The translations under genes were made by a program, and so were the position numbers. The notes beneath the pieces are model-generated. The model did no database searches. It saw only the letters and a list, made by a program, of their open reading frames with translations, and was not told the origin of the DNA. 64,000 bases of DNA from Octopus vulgaris (Eukaryota): NCBI GenBank assembly GCA_951406725.2, contig OX597824.1, positions 27,776,001 to 27,840,000 on the forward strand. The letters are read 5' to 3'. Shown piece by piece: positions 13,886-28,002 of this stretch (within the stretch, counting starts at the first letter, position 1; the number at the start of each line of letters is the position of its first letter).

Positions 13886-13888
<3 letters not shown>
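13443..13888 (-). mobile_element. SINE family A, head truncated
   Basis: Matches family A tail and body. Confidence 0.85.
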
Positions 13889-13949
<61 letters not shown>

Positions 13950-13951
13950 TA

Positions 13952-14835
13952 CAGAATGCGATGGGTAAATTGTCACCATGTTATAATTTAATTTCACGCA
14001 TGTGCCTCATTCGTTCTTGATTTTGTCGGCTACACCGTATGGTAGGGTTAGTAGAACATCGTTTGTCAAAAGAACACCACCATGACACAATTCACCCTGC
14101 AATAAATTGGGAATCGACATGCTGTACTGCTAGGAATTCGCGCCAGAATCTCCAATACGAACATTTGAAAGTTTTTGGGTGTAATCTGAGGACAGTACAA
14201 TCCGGGAAAATTGTACCGTGAGTGATAAAAATCAAACATCCCATCAACATAAGGGTGATTGGAGTGATCATTAATGATGTCGACGTTATGCTTCCATTCA
14301 TCTTTCCACGCAGCGTTAGACTCAACACGGAAGCCTTCATCATATGCCTGGAGGAAGCAGTGTTGTCCTGTGTCAATAGGGTAGTTGCTGGTAGACCCTA
14401 CGTCTGGCAACAGGACTCCGCACCATGCTACACAAGTAGGAGAACCCAATCATGATTGTCAGACAATTTTCGCAACCGCATTACTCCTGACATCTGGCAA
14501 GCTAATTCCCTAGATTGCAACCTCCTTGAGTTGAGCGAGAGATCAACAAAACTCCTTGTAACACCAAAGATGAACTGAAGGCAAGGATCATGGGAGCATT
14601 CACTAACTTAAACAAGGAGACGGTCCAGAAGATTTTCAGGATATTCCGAAGAATTCTGCAAGCTGTGGTTGAAGCCAGTGGAGATTTCATTGAATAAATT
14701 TACTTTTTAGTATGTCAAAACATTTAGTATGTGAAGATATTTATGTAATTTTGGTAAATATATATTTTCAAAAGGGCTGTCAGTGTTATTTTAATTTTTG
14801 CGAAATTTGGACGTGAGTTTAGTCAACGTACCATG
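13952..14835 (+). mobile_element. Decayed IS630-Tc1-mariner transposon, DD37D (maT)-like, internally deleted
   Basis: Translation KHPINIRVIGVI...GRPYVWQQDSAPCYTSRRTQS*LSDNF...IWQANSLDCNLL(E/D)...TKDELKARIMGAF...LQAVVEASGDFIE*; 37 residues from the QQD aspartate to the next acidic position; TA flanks, weak TIRs; stops and deletions. Confidence 0.8.
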
Positions 14836-14863
14836 TATATATATAAGTATATTTATATATGAG

Positions 14864-15252
14864 GAAGAGGAAGCACTCCGTCGGTTCCGACGACGAGGGT
14901 TCCGGTTGATCCGAATCAACGGAACAGCCTGCTCGTGAAATTAACGTGTAAGTGGCTGAGCACTCCATAGACACGTGTACCCTTAACGTAGTTCTCGGGG
15001 ATATTCAGCATGACACAGAGAGTGACAAGGCCGGCCCTTTGAAATACAGGTACAACAGAAACAGAAACAAAGTGTGAGAGAAAGTTGTGGTGAAAGAGTA
15101 CAGCAGGGATCACCACCATCCCCTGCCGGAGCCTCGTGGAGCTTTTAGGTGTTTTCGCTCAATAAACACTCACAACGCCCGGTCTGGGAATCGAAACCGC
15201 GATCCTACGACCGCGAGTCCGCTGCCCTAACCACTGGGCCATTGCGCCTCCA
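14864..15252 (-). mobile_element. SINE family C (tRNA-Arg-like head), tail type 1, full length
   Basis: Minus strand GGAGGCGCAATGGCCCAGTGGTTAGGGCAGCGGACTCGCGGTCGTAGGATCGCGGTTTCGATTCCC (A and B boxes); ends in ggagtgcttcctcttcc. Confidence 0.85.
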
Positions 15253-15636
15253 CATTTATATATAGTATATACATATATGTGTAAGTGTGCATGCGTGTGT
15301 GTGTGCGTACGTGAGTATTTATACTTGTGTGTGTGTGTGTTTGTGTAGACACTAGCCATTCTCGAACAGCAAAATATGTTGCCCAAACATAATTCTTTTC
15401 TGTGTTTGACTTTAAATGTTAAGCTATTAAAATCAAATTATTGTTTTACTGTACATAATTTTTCAGTTGAGTACAGCCGTTGAATCTTATTTCTCTGAGA
15501 CACATTTCTTTCGAATCTAACGGAGACTTTTAATGCCAAAACCTTTACAACTTTTGTGAGCGAAAGCTAGAACGCAATTCACATTAGCCACATCAGCTGC
15601 CCTACAAATTAAGGTTGTGATACGACTTTGACCTGA

Positions 15637-15671
<35 letters not shown>

Positions 15672-16232
15672 TTGAACACGTCTGTGCTTGACAGAAATAG
15701 TGAAAAGTAATTATGGAAGGCATTGTGTTGCGATAGTTTTATTTTCATATATACTAAACGAATCTGTTTTCAATTATTCGGCTGTGTTTACGTCTTGAAA
15801 CCCAAGCTAACGGTATTTTAAATGTGATAGCTGTAGTGAACAAAAATGGACGCATACGTAAAATGTAGGTTACATATGAAATAATGGCATGACGTATTGT
15901 CGTTTATTTTTCTAATAATACTACGGTAATTACAGGGCTTCAGGCATAATGATGTTGCGATATCTGTAACCTAATATATCTATGAATTATATCTATCAAA
16001 TGCGTAGAAGATTCTTCCCTTTAGTGCAGAAAATTTACACCTGATAATCCCCCATAAATCGAAGTTTACATGAAATGGACATTTCTTCGATATATTGATA
16101 CACACTCTCACATACACACACAGACACACACACACAAACACAGACACACACGTCCATGCATGGATATCGAAATATAAATGGTTTTTATCTATACAGAAAA
16201 AATATATAAATATTTTTGTATGTCAATATATA

Positions 16233-16272
<40 letters not shown>

Positions 16273-16289
16273 CAGATATGCATGTATAG

Positions 16290-16369
<80 letters not shown>

Positions 16370-16381
16370 ATATATATATAT

Positions 16382-16612
16382 TTCTTTACTACCCACAAGG
16401 GGCTAAACATAGAGGGGGACAAACAAGGACAGACAAAGGGAGTAAGTCGATTACATCGCCGCCAGTGCGTAACTGGTACTTAATTTATCGACCCCGAAAG
16501 GATGAAAGGCAAAGTCGACCTCGGCGGAATTTGAACTCGGAACGTAACGACAGACAAAATACGGCCATGCATTTCGCCCGGCGTGCTAACGTTTCTGCCA
16601 GCTCACCGCCTT
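16382..16612 (-). mobile_element. SINE family B
   Basis: Reverse complement of aaggcggtgagctggcagaaacgttagcacgccgggcg...cccttgtgggtagtaaagaaa. Confidence 0.85.
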
Positions 16613-16763
<151 letters not shown>

Positions 16764-16882
16764 CCAACCGTCTGTTAGAACGTGCGTACGATGTTATATT
16801 ACACACCTTCCTTATTAATCTTGAGAATCGTCGTATATAAATACTAAAGTGCACAGTCTTACATGTCATACACGCACACACG

Positions 16883-16917
<35 letters not shown>

Positions 16918-17698
16918 GCACGCGTGCAACCACACACTAACCCTCTTATACAATGTATATCAGTTAAACATACATTTACGTTTGTAATATGTTTGCAAGG
17001 GCAAAGACCCCGCATCTCTGTTCATCGTTATACAATTACAACGCTACCTATTTACTAATTACACGCATACACCGACCGATACTAGTCTATACAGTGCGGC
17101 GATATTTATTCACGGTAAGCCTATACAAAGCATTGTATATATGCTAGCATGTGTCGATAGCTCACTCGCTTTTATATGCTGTCTGTTATAGCAAGCTAAT
17201 TATATCAACACGCTGGCTCTTGTCGTTTACTTGCAACGTCCAAGGGTCATGTACTGAAGCGAATGAATTTTATATGCTGTGTCTTTAGACGACAAATCCT
17301 ATCATACTTCAATACCAATGCAGTCATAAAGACGGCAGTAGCTAGTCTTTAGATGCTGTAGTACAATTGCATTAATTGGCAATCATCGCTAAACAATTAT
17401 GATGTTTTCATGTTGAGTAAGCGTGTAGACGAAGTTGCTTGTTTCGCTCTCTATCGTTTGTTCCATTGTTTTGCCTTCCACTCTTTGCCAAACTAACTCA
17501 ATGCTGTATTTTGTCATACGGTTTCTCTCCTCTCCCTGCGACTCGCTATTTTTTTTTCTTATGCTATCATTCTCTGTCCATCACTGACCCCACTTTCTCG
17601 AGCTTCCATTTTCTTCCACTACTTAGCTGTATTCTGTTTCAATGTCATATTATGCATCTGCCTGCCTCTACGTAAATCTATCTATCTATCTATCTATA

Positions 17699-17750
<52 letters not shown>

Positions 17751-17810
17751 CATCTCTATCTCTATCTCTCAAGCTATCTATCTGTCTGCTTGTCAGTTTG
17801 TTTCTGTCTA

Positions 17811-17863
<53 letters not shown>

Positions 17864-17905
17864 CTATCTGTCTGTCTGTCTATCTGTCTGTCTGTCTGTC
17901 TGTCC

Positions 17906-17941
<36 letters not shown>

Positions 17942-18164
17942 ATCTATCTATCTATGTTATCTCTCTCTCTCTCTCTCTCTCTCTCCCATTATTATTCCTT
18001 TATTCATTTTGAATCACCGGCTGTGTGTGTGTCTGTTCCTCACGTAAAATCACTTCAAGAGTGTGTGTCTGATTTCCTTTCAGTTTTATTATTCTCCAAA
18101 CATCTTCGTTATTTGTCGTATGAATACGTATTTCATGTACATGTTTGTATATGTATACACACAC

Positions 18165-18196
<32 letters not shown>

Positions 18197-18201
18197 GCAT
18201 A

Positions 18202-18256
<55 letters not shown>

Positions 18257-18996
18257 CTATATTTATATCCGTCAATTGTAAATAATGTATATATATATAT
18301 ACTTTTATTTTCACTTGGATTTGCTGATGTAAGATATTCATGGTTTAGGCAATAGATGTTAAACTGCAGTGCAAACGGATTTTTTACATGTTAAATATTT
18401 CCCAAACATATTTGAACAGATCTAAATGTTCGTTCGTTTACCTGACATCACTACTTTCACATATCTACTTTTCCCCTCCCCTTTCTCTCTCTCTCTCTCT
18501 CTACATCTTCCTCCCTCCTCCCTCTCTCTCCCTGCGCTCGCTCGTGTGTATCGGTGTGTGCTTGTGTGTCTGTGTGAGTGTAAAATATATCAGATGTTAT
18601 ACTCAGAATGAAATCAAAGATGTGTAAATTCCACTGATAAATCATAATTTAATCAATCTCCGCTGCTGTTTCAAGAGGATTAAACATCATTAATTTCATT
18701 ACTATGTAATCAGGAAAGAACATTAACTAATATGTATTAATTCAACTTAAATTACAGAATGCTTTTATTTTTTATTTTTTTTCAAATCATCAGTAATGAT
18801 AGAAGCATAGCGCGTAGCTAGATATAGGCAATTACTGGTTTGAGTACCAGTGAGAAAGAGCGACATACAAAAAGAACACACACGCACACACTCATATACA
18901 AACACACTCACAAATACACATACATGTATGTACACACACGGGTATGCACACATGCACACACACATACACACACACAAATACATAAGACTCTTTTTC

Positions 18997-19138
18997 GGCG
19001 TGGCTGCATGGTAAGAAGCTTCCTTCCCAACCACATGGTTCCGAGTTCAATCCCACTGCGTGGCAGCTTGGCTAGACCTCTAGTGAACCAAAGCCTTGTG
19101 AGCAGATTAGGTAGACGGAAACTGAAAGAAGCCCGTCT

Positions 19139-19172
<34 letters not shown>

Positions 19173-19398
19173 AGTGTATAAATTTATGTCTTTGTGTATG
19201 CTTTTCCTCTCCACCACCGCTTAACAGCCGCGTTTAATGTGCTTATGTCTCTGTAACACAGCAGTTCAGCAAACGAGTTCGATAGAATAATTACCAGGCT
19301 TTGAAAAAATATCGGGGTCGATTCGTTCAACTAAAAATACCTAAGGCGGTGCCCTATCATGGCCACGGCCTAATTGCTGAAACAAATAAAAGGTAAAA
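18997..19398 (+). mobile_element. SINE family A, diverged
   Basis: ggcgtggctgcatggtaagaagc...gagttcaatcccactgcgtggc...gaaacaaataaaaggtaaaa. Confidence 0.8.
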
Positions 19399-19684
19399 AA
19401 TATGCTTTTTTATACATATTTATGTGTGCATACCGGGTGGTCGGGTATACATTTACTTCTTATTTAAACATAAAAAATTAATGTCTTTCAGTTGAGGAAA
19501 TATTAAGGGTTATGAACGATTCAAATAGTGACATTTTAGATTGTAAATACATGCAAACTCTTGGCTATAAGTTTATCAATTAACCTGTAAATTTTCGTTA
19601 ACCAAAACCGATAACTTTTAATTTTAGGATAAAATGACTAATAGGTAGACACATACGCTGTACTCGGTCTATTCATTCGCGCTT

Positions 19685-20562
19685 GCTGGGGGTACCCAAA
19701 AGTAAACGCAAACGTGCTCTGTTGGACAAACCCGTTGTCGTTCAGGTTTCCGCCGCTAAAAGCCGCTGATGCAACTCTCAGGTATCAGTCTGCCGATCGA
19801 CGTCTTCGTCTCTGGTCCTGCTGCCACGTGTTGTGTTTTTGCTTTGCAGTGATTCTTTCACTGTTCGTCGATTTTTGCGATGGCTGAAACAAACGAACAA
19901 CGTGCTTCCGTGAAATTCTATTTTCTAGGGGCAACGGTGGGTAAAACATTTGTCATGTTTCACACAGTTTATGAGGGTGCTGTGTCATAAGCAAAACACA
20001 AGTTTGCGAGTGGTTTCCACGCTTTAAGAATGGTTACTTGCCGCTTGAAGCCCAACCTTGTCGCTTGAAGCCCAACCTCGTCGCCTAAAGCCCAATCTCG
20101 TCACTTGAAGACTGTCGTACTCCTGAATGAATGAAAATATCATTAAAATTCAGTAACTGATCTTGGAGGATCGTCACTGAAAAATTGACGAACTTGTTGA
20201 TATGACTGGTGTCTCCTGGAACTCCTGCAAATAACTATTGACTGAGGAATTACGAATGAATAGAAATGCAGCAAAATTTGTGCCTCGCTTGCTCATGGAA
20301 GATCAAAAGCAGTCACGACTAAATGCGTGTCGTGAACTGAAATAACAGTTGGAAGTTGATCTTGATCATTTTTCGAAGGTCATCACTGGTGACGAAAGCT
20401 GTTGCTATGGAATGTGCCGATGTGGAAGAGGTGAAGAAAAAGAGACAGAGGTGTTGAAATGCATTCTTTAGCTGTGTATTGCATCAAATTGAGAAGTCAA
20501 TAATGGTGTAAACATGAAAAACTAAGGGTTTCAAAATTCCGGGTTCTTTTGGGAACCCCCCG
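19685..20562 (+). mobile_element. Decayed mariner transposon (HTH and first catalytic D retained, C-terminus deleted)
   Basis: From 19880: MAETNEQRASVKFYF...KTQVCEWFPRFKNG...AAKFVPRLLMEDQKQSRLNACREL...FSKVITGDESCCYG, with frameshifts and stops; imperfect TIRs gggggtacccaaaa / ctttgggaacccccc; ~20-bp tandem repeat at 20042-20110. Confidence 0.85.
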
Positions 20563-20624
20563 CCCCGAACACATTTTGTATAAATTAAAGTTATTACTGT
20601 GCTTAGCGATAGGGGTGAGCGTTC

Positions 20625-21053
20625 ATTTATCTTATAATTGCTTCAGTCCATTAGATAGGAGCCATGCTGGGGATCCATCAACAAGAATCTAAGTCGAATG
20701 AATCGACATAGATACTTATATTTTAAGCCTGGTAATTATTCTACCAATGTCTTTTGCCGAATTCTTAAGTCATGGGGGATCTAAAAACACCAACACCGGT
20801 TGCCCAGCTGTGGTGGGGGAGGACAAACACAGACACAAACACACACGCACATACACATGCACACACGCAAACACGTACACACACAAAGATAAATATATAT
20901 ACGCACACAACGGGCTTCTTTCAGTGTCCTATCAAATTGACTCACACGGCCAGAGGCTATAGTAGAAGACACTCGCCTAAGGTGTCATGCAGTAGAATTG
21001 AACCCAGAACTATGTGGTTGGGATGCAAGCTTCTCAACATACAACCACGCCTG
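20625..21053 (-). mobile_element. SINE family A, diverged
   Basis: Family A motifs (gaggctatagtagaagacactcgcctaagg; acaaacacagacacaaac). Confidence 0.7.
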
Positions 21054-22001
21054 GGCTTTATTACATATTAATTATAAATCACTTGTGGTAGTTGTTTCCT
21101 TCTGGGTGTTAATCCCATTTAGCGTTATTTTATTTTTATTCGAATTTTAAATGCATTTAAATTACATTCTCCTGGTGGTGTAATCGAAAGTGGCCAAGCA
21201 ATTAACGCTACCGCAATGTCACCGACCTTTGAATCAATTTAGTGAAAAATTACAATAAGGAGCACAAAATACAAACTGTCAATAATAACCATTCAAGCAC
21301 ACACACACAAACTGGCATTATATCTTGTCAACAGAACACAACCATGAGTAAACATTAGCATATAATGCTGTTTTCCTGATCAAGTAGACACATTTCTGTT
21401 GTATATTGGGGGGAAAAAAACGTATTACATTACACTCAATTATCTTTTCATCGCTTTGACAAGTCCCAAATAGCGAAGCTGAATGAATACTCAGACCCTA
21501 TTAAGCATTGGTAAAAATATTTCAGACGTAATATTTAAAGTGAGGTTTCATGATTATATTATACTAATTGATATCACGAACTCTGTAAATGGGTCCCCTT
21601 GCATGTTTGGGTTCCTTTACTCTGATCTCGTCTCTTTAACTATTTTCGATATGGCGAAAGAAAACATACTCGTGTCCATTTTATCCGATAGCCGACACAT
21701 GACTCTTGTTCAGCCGGTGTCTCGCAAAATTAAATTTCTCTCTTTCTCTCTAAATTACGACTATCTTCCACATATTTTACACTTTTAAAGAACAGAGTAA
21801 TTTTCATATAAGACAATTGTTTTCACTGGCTTCAGTTCCAATGTATTCTTCAAATTGGTAATTTAATATTTGAGCGAATCCGGTGCCGTTTCATATGTTT
21901 CTGGCTTCCTCTCTCTGTATATGTATATATATGTATATGAGTATGTACTTATATATGTGCATATATATATATATAAATACATATGCATACACACACATAT
22001 G

Positions 22002-22033
<32 letters not shown>

Positions 22034-22071
22034 AATACATATGCATACACACACACATATGTATATAAATA

Positions 22072-22107
<36 letters not shown>

Positions 22108-22390
22108 TGTATGTATATACATTTACATATGAACCCATGTAGTTTCCTCTACCATAGCTTCGGGCCGACTAGAACCGTGAATCAATTTGAGAAATGGAAA
22201 TTGAAAGAAGACAGTCGTGCGTGTATATACATTTCTGTGCCATTATGTGTTTGAGGGTGTGTCTATGAGTCTGTGTTATTTTCCCGACAAATTGGCAACG
22301 GGTGTTCGCGTGTTTACGTCCCCCACAAGGCCGATCATGTACTCAGTCTAATAACTGAAACAATTGAGATATTTATGATATATGTATATA

Positions 22391-22509
<119 letters not shown>

Positions 22510-22957
22510 AGGTATATGAATATACATCAATATATATTGATGTATATTGAATATATATGCTAGCTGAAATATAATCAGCATACATTATCTAATGTACTGC
22601 TTTTTCGAAAAGACAGAAAAAACGGCTTTGCATTGTACGACAGAGTTTTTGCTGCGCGCAAAAGTTGGTTCCTATTTGTGGTTGACTAAAAGGCCACACA
22701 ATGGGCTTTCATTAGACTGTTCTGTATTATAATTCATACACTCACTGAAAATATTGATATAAGCGTAGGTCTGGCTGCGTGGTGAAGAAGCTAAATTCGC
22801 GCAATCACGTCGTTTCTCGGTTTGAGTCCAGTCGACCCGTGCAGTACCATGGGCAAGTCTCTTCTACAATAGACTCGGGCCGACCGGACTCAGCGGTGCC
22901 TTGTGAGAGAATTTGGTCGCTGGAATTTGTTTGAAGCCCACCTAAAGTATATGTGTG

Positions 22958-23019
<62 letters not shown>

Positions 23020-23027
<8 letters not shown>

Positions 23028-23245
23028 AATATGTTACATTACTCGATAGTCAAGATAAAACTCTGAGTTTCAGATGCCCAAATAACCAGATAACCGAAGA
23101 GATGTCGTGGATTCCCATTTCGGCATCTGAAACTCAGAGTTTTATCTTGACTATCGAGTAATGTAACATATTATTGTATAGATAAATTTCCTCTATTTAC
23201 ATAATATTGAGGTCTCTTTCTTTCTTTTGTTATCTTACCGTTTTA

Positions 23246-23250
<5 letters not shown>
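23020..23250 (+). mobile_element. Penelope-like pLTR remnant with a 59-bp perfect inverted repeat
   Basis: Arms 23020-23078 and 23122-23180 are exact reverse complements around a 43-bp loop, with ~70 bp of 3' extension; flanked by (TA)n on both sides. Confidence 0.7.
23088..23147 (+). ncRNA. Hammerhead ribozyme-like motif (PLE type, core variant)
   Basis: AGATAA-CCGAAGA-GATGTCG-13nt-CGGCATC-t-GAAA-CTC-a-GAG-TT-TTATCT; same GAAACTCAGAGT stem III as 13132-13143; U4->C. Confidence 0.6.
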
Positions 23251-23319
<69 letters not shown>

Positions 23320-23879
23320 TGTATGTATGTATGTATGTATGCATGTATTACATACATATCAGAGGGAATTTACCACTATGTGGAAACCCTTATGCTAGAA
23401 GAAGATCCGCTATGGTCTAACCACTAAGAATTGTCCTCTAGAAAATTTACCAGACACCAGAAACGTAAGCGAGCAAGATAAATGAAAAGTAACAGAAATA
23501 TAGAGTAATCATAAACAAGTGTTTCACTATCAACAAATTACGTAATTTTACTTACATAATTTATCTGGAGATCTTCAGTATTATCGTCTATACAAGTATA
23601 ATTTGCAGAACTACACGCCAGACATCAACACGAGGTCGAAAATACATGCAGTTCTACTTATTACACGTGTGGTTATTTTTCAAAAGTCTTCGTCTTGGCG
23701 CGCTAAATTACCGGAAATAATACTGCATAAAGTAATTTACTGTAGTTGCCTTTGCCGGTTTGAGAACATATTAATTTAAAATTAAAATTAAAATGAGGTT
23801 GAAAAATTGGATAATAATATGATAACATCAATTTTAACACCATATATATATATATGTGTGTGTGCGTGTGGTATTAACA

Positions 23880-24110
23880 TGCTCCTGGACTGGTTATGTT
23901 GCGCAGTGACACATAGTAGCACACAGCTGCACGCATATTGAGAGCAATCAGTGAACTTCTCGGGGGAGGGTACCAGGTGACATTGAATGTACTACGGCAA
24001 GCTTCTGGTGACGATAAAATGCCTTGTACCGAATGAATCCAGCGGCATGGGCGCTTCAAAAGCGGATGAACGCATCTTGAAGACGCTCAGCGATCAGGCG
24101 GATCTGCCAC
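23880..24110 (+). mobile_element. Possible decayed LINE (RTE-like) 3' end
   Basis: One frame gives WTGYVAQ..TSRGRVP, resembling the WAGHVAR..RGRP C-terminal motif; multiple stops. Confidence 0.3.
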
Positions 24111-24323
24111 GAGCATCACCCTTGAAAGTAAGGAGGGAGCCGGTTTCCAACAGAGACACAAGACTTCATTTTGGGGATGTAGTTATCAAATTTGGAACTT
24201 GAGAAAAGTCTTGCATATTTTTACTGTTCCGTACTTGCAGTGTACCAATTAGCCGGTCGTTTCTCTTACTGAAAATCCCATGTTTTCCCAATATTCGGTC
24301 TGTAGCATGTATGCATGTGTATG

Positions 24324-24354
<31 letters not shown>

Positions 24355-24752
24355 GTATGTACATGTGTGTGTATGTGCGTGTGTGAGTATGCATGCGTGT
24401 GTGCGTGCATGCATGTATGTATGCATGCGCGAATGTATTTATGTAGGTATGTATGTATGCATGTTTGTAAGTACGCATGCATGTATGTATGCGGGTATGC
24501 ATGCATGCGTACATGTATATATGTACGTGTGTGTTTTTTTCTGTCTGAGGGTTTACTTCTCCATAGTTGGTCCATTTATGTGCACATAATATAGCAATGT
24601 AGCCATTCAGCAAAATAGGCCAGTGGACGTACCCGGTTTAAAAAACAATGTTTTTAATTAAATACCGAGATCAATTCCTCGACAAGAAAGCCTCAAAGCG
24701 GTGCCCCAGTATGGCTGCCATTCAATGATTGAAACAAGTAAAAGATAATGGA

Positions 24753-24791
<39 letters not shown>

Positions 24792-24792
<1 letters not shown>

Positions 24793-25193
24793 TAGCAGTA
24801 TCGCCCGGCGTTGCTCGGTTTGTAAGGGAAATAACTATATAAGCATTTTTAGAGAGTTATAGCCAAAAAATAGCAAAAAAATGCATTAAAGATGGAAAAA
24901 AAAACGATGGTAAATTTATTTTTTAAATCGTTGACTCATCGTAGACATTTTTAGAGAGTTACTTCCCCTATATAATAGCGAAAAAAATGCATTAAAATGG
25001 AAAAAAAATTATGATAATTTTTTTTTTTAAATCGTAGACTCATCGTAGACGCGCGCTAATACCCAGAAGGGCTCGATATGAATCACGACTATAAGGTACC
25101 CGGTTTTGGTTAAACTGCACCGCAAAATGTGGGAGTAGTTAGGAATCTAAATCGTGGGAGACAGACACACAACTTCTCTTTTATATATAAAGA
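24792..25193 (-). mobile_element. Non-autonomous Helitron
   Basis: Minus strand begins TCTTTATATATAAAAG and ends ccgagcaacgccggg-cgatactg-CTAG; inserted between A and T; internal ~107-bp duplication; second copy at 42170-42563. Confidence 0.85.
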
Positions 25194-25803
25194 TGTCAGA
25201 CTGCAAAAACATCCTCCACAGCATTACATTAATTTAGCGTCTATTGAAATGTAGACGAACATGTTTGGTCTCGAAAGTGTTAAATATGTAGGCTTTCTAG
25301 ATTTGGTAGAAAATTAGTAATATGATTAGAATCCTAGAATCAATTAGTCTAGCTCTAGCAATCCGAGAAATTAGTCTCTTCAATTTCGCCCATATGGTAA
25401 TAACAATGTACAACAAGACTGAATTATATTATATGAAAAAAATAAAAGATAAAATAAGCAAAAATATATTATTAAAAAAAACAACCATGCCTTCAATGAG
25501 TTTCATAATCACTATGCATTGTAGAATTGATAATGATGATGATGATGATAATGACGACGATGAGGATAGTGATGATGATGATGTGATTGAGGATGATTGT
25601 GGTGGTGGTGGTGTTGGTTGTTGAGGTGGGTGAGGGGTATTAATAATAATCACAGTTACGGCATCAAGAACAACAAACAAGCCTGGTTCGATGTGAGCTT
25701 GGACTAATTGCCAATTAAAAATATCTAATTAGTAAGTCAAGTAAAAACGTTTGATTGAACTACAGTACACAGTGACGTTTGAGTGGTTTTGCTGTAAAGG
25801 ACG

Positions 25804-25845
<42 letters not shown>

Positions 25846-25932
25846 GAAAGATGTATAATAAATAAATCGCGCGAACAGAGACTGATAGAGAGATTGAGAA
25901 CTAAAGAGGGCGAGAGAAGACAGAGAGAGAAT

Positions 25933-25966
<34 letters not shown>

Positions 25967-26303
25967 AGATGGAGGGAGATAGAGATGTAGAACAATGGAG
26001 AAGATGAGGATTTGTGTAAGAATGATGGAAGCATTGTTTATGTATGTGTTTAAGTAAGTCTCTGTTTCTCTCTTTCTCTTTCTCTCTCTCTCTCTCTCTC
26101 TTTCATTATTTTTCTTATCTCGGTCTATCTATCTTTCTCTCTCGTTTTTCTCAAATTCCCACCCACTCCTCCTGATTGTGTGTCGCGTATGTGTTCGCTG
26201 TGTGATGATTAACAGCGGAACAATCAATAAACCTTGCCACTAAGATTAATTACTTGTAGAAACGTCGAGCTAATTAACCACTGTAATGTTTATTTGTCCT
26301 CCA

Positions 26304-26338
<35 letters not shown>

Positions 26339-26766
26339 TTCTCTCTTTCTCTCTCTCTCTTTCACCTTCTCCGCAATCACTCTCTTTCTTTGTTCGATCT
26401 ATCCCACAATTCAATGTGTGCCTGAACTAGAAGTATTCTCAGATGTGTCTCTCAACAAATATCTGTCTACCAACACAATACTTTAGCTTGTATGATTAGC
26501 AAATAGTTTTAGTTCTACAAAAATAACATGTGCACACATGCAAACGATCATACAAATACACAGAAACACTCAAACACAGAGTCATACAAACGTACACACA
26601 CACACACATACATGCCAGAGCATACGCGGGAGCATATACAATAATCCGTCGACTATCGCGGATGTTACATTCCAAACCACCATCCCACCGCGATAGGTGA
26701 AAATCCGCGAAGTAGAAACAGCAGTTTATTGTATATTTTTCATTTATTATTATTATAATTCGTATA

Positions 26767-27013
26767 TACTCTTTTACTCTTTTACTTGTTTCAGTCATTT
26801 GACTGCGGCCATGCTGGAGCACCGCCTTTACTCGAGCAAATCGATCCCAGGACTTATTCTTTGTAAGCCTAGTACTTATTCTATCGGTCTCTTTTGCCGA
26901 ACCGCTAGGTAACGGGGATGTAAACACAGCAGCATCGGTTGTCAAGCGATGTTGGGGGACAAACACAGACACAAACAAAAACACACATACACGCATACAC
27001 ACGCACACACACA

Positions 27014-27107
<94 letters not shown>

Positions 27108-27273
27108 TACGACGAGCTTCTTTCAGTTTCCGTCTACCAAATCCACTCACAAGGCTTTTGTCGGCCCGAGGATATAGTAGAAGACACTTGCCCAAGGTGC
27201 CACGCAGCGGGACTGAACCCGGAACCATGTGGTTTGTAAGCAAGCTACTTACCACACAGCCACTCCTACGCCT
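26767..27273 (-). mobile_element. SINE family A, full length
   Basis: Complete head, expanded internal (TA)n, and tail. Confidence 0.9.
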
Positions 27274-27513
27274 ATAAATGCAAAACAGCACCACGGAGGA
27301 ATCCACGTAAGCTTAAATAATAAACTGCGATAGGTGAACGTCGAGAGGTGACCCGCGATACGGCAAGGGATTGCTGTATGTCCAAACCATGTATATGATT
27401 TTGCTGTTTCTGAAGTTGAGCGTCTATAGACGTACACAAATGGACACACGAACACACACATGCATTGGCGCGCGCGCGCATATTCACATATATGTTGGTG
27501 TGTGTAAAGGAAT

Positions 27514-27615
27514 ACATAAGTACCAAGAATTCGTATATCACACATAAGTACATAAGTACAAGAATTCGTATATCACACATAAGTACATAAGTACAAGAAT
27601 TCGTATATCACACAT
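27514..27615. repeat. Minisatellite, ~35-bp unit x ~3
   Basis: acataagtacataagtacaagaattcgtatatcac repeated. Confidence 0.85.
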
Positions 27616-27669
27616 GCTTTAGACTGAACTGGACTAAATATTAATAAACTCATACATGCATACATGCAT

Positions 27670-27892
27670 TAGTTTCAGAATCTGGCACAAGGCCAGCATT
27701 TCGGGGGTGTGGTGATAAGGGGGGCGGTAAATCGATTACTTCGATCCCATTGCTCAACTGGTATTTAGTATATCGACCTCGAAAGAACGAAATGCAATGT
27801 GGACCTCGGCGGAATTTGAACTCAAAATGTGAAGACGGACGAAACGCCGCCAACATTTTTGCCCGGTTTACTATTCTGCCAAGTCGCCACCT
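27670..27892 (-). mobile_element. SINE family B, diverged
   Basis: gacctcggcggaatttgaactc; ggcacaaggccagc tail. Confidence 0.7.
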
Positions 27893-27919
27893 TACACAAT
27901 ATGTATGTATGTATGTACG

Positions 27920-27953
<34 letters not shown>

Positions 27954-27971
27954 TGTATGTATGTATGTATG

Positions 27972-28002
<31 letters not shown>

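Noticed and set aside
15180-15252. tRNA-like sequence (also at 33009, 36990, 38909, 48871)
   Set aside because: A/B boxes are present but there is no complete cloverleaf; these are SINE heads.
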